Positions 63,533 to 64,000 of a stretch of DNA of 64,000 nucleotides are shown here, piece after piece. This DNA comes from an uncultured Candidatus Saccharibacteria bacterium (GTDB taxonomy: Bacteria > Patescibacteriota > Minisyncoccia > UBA6257 > UBA11618). The stretch spans positions 18,052 to 82,051 of the forward strand of contig CAYICS010000001.1 of assembly GCA_964362125.1 (NCBI GenBank), read 5' to 3'. Below the pieces are notes generated by a model, which did no database searches, had not been told where the DNA came from, and saw only the letters and a list, made by a program, of their open reading frames with translations. The position numbers and the translations under genes are program-made. Positions within the stretch are counted from its first letter, which is position 1. The number at the start of each line of letters is the position of its first letter.

Positions 63533-64000
63533 TTATAACAATCCAAACCTTTCTTTCACAACTTTAATTTTCTCGTTGGCAATTTTATTTGCCAGTTTAC
63601 TGCCGCGCAGGGCGATTTTTTCCAGCTTTTCCGGTTTAGCCAAGAGTCGCGCTTTTTTGCGCCGGAACGGCGCAAAATGTTTAGTAATTAATTTAGCCAG
63701 CGCTTTTTTGAAGCGGACATAAGACTTGCCTTCAAATTCTTTTTCAATCTCCGGGATTTCGCGGCCGGTTAAACCAGAATAGATTGTCAGCAGGTTGCTG
63801 ATCCCCGGCTTGAGTTCCGGGTCAAATTTAATTTCCTTGCCAGAATCAGTAACCGCCGCCTCAATTTTTCCGGCGATGGTTTCTGATTCGTCATCAAGAA
63901 AAAGACAGCCAGCCGAGTCAGACTTGGACATTTTCTTTTCCGGATCGGTTAAGCTCATCAAGCGCGTTACCTTGGTTTGCAGCGGTTGAGGTTCAATAAA
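63533..64000 (-). CDS. trpS: tryptophanyl-tRNA synthetase, C-terminal part (gene continues beyond window end)
   Basis: KMSKS motif (KMSKSDSAG) and the TrpRS C-terminal helical domain. Confidence 0.7.
   Translation of the reverse strand, partial: FIEPQPLQTKVTRLMSLTDPEKKMSKSDSAGCLFLDDESETIAGKIEAAVTDSGKEIKFDPELKPGISNLLTIYSGLTGREIPEIEKEFEGKSYVRFKKALAKLITKHFAPFRRKKARLLAKPEKLEKIALRGSKLANKIANEKIKVVKERFGLL

Overview
This is a 64 kb chromosomal segment with the gene content and compact architecture typical of a small-genome CPR/Patescibacteria-like bacterium. It spans the chromosomal replication origin: rpmH-rnpA-yidC-jag on the minus strand, then DnaA-box clusters, then dnaA-dnaN on the plus strand. 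Housekeeping DNA-repair and translation genes are interspersed with a long run of secreted coiled-coil hypothetical proteins and an 11.7 kb type IV secretion/conjugation-like cluster (VirB3/PrgI-like, a VirB4 split into two ORFs, a VirB6/TrbL-like 985-aa protein with a ~270-aa Pro/Thr-rich linker, and a pilin-like protein). Other recognisable genes are uvrD/pcrA, uvrB, ruvABC, mutM, a split polA (5'-nuclease and polymerase as separate ORFs with an antisense small gene between them), PolX, an EndoQ-like PHP nuclease, NUDIX, ksgA, tsaE, ileS, partial trpS, infC-rpmI-rplT, rpsT, a class A PBP, an M23 peptidase and a PilB/GspE ATPase. RNA genes found by eye are tRNA-Arg(CCG) at 48205-48276 and a tmRNA (ssrA, minus strand 57509-57829) whose 5' end overlaps the 3' end of smpB. 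Small accessory modules are a RelE/ParE-type TA pair, an MNT/HEPN pair, a stand-alone Cas4-like PD-(D/E)XK nuclease and a four-helix-bundle gene flanked by repeats. Two things stand out as unusual. First, short tandem arrays of degenerate heptamers are pervasive, including telomere-like CCCTAAA/TTTAGGG runs, (TTATGGC)n and a dispersed 17-mer; they fill whole intergenic spacers with 7-bp periodicity and also occur in frame inside conserved genes (ksgA, ileS, tsaE, PolX and others). Second, two families of short palindromic elements (a CGATCG-centred 34-40 bp palindrome and a 42-nt GC-rich hairpin with flanking direct repeats) occur both intergenically and in frame inside CDSs, reminiscent of Rickettsia palindromic elements. 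No CRISPR array, rRNA or transposase gene was seen.
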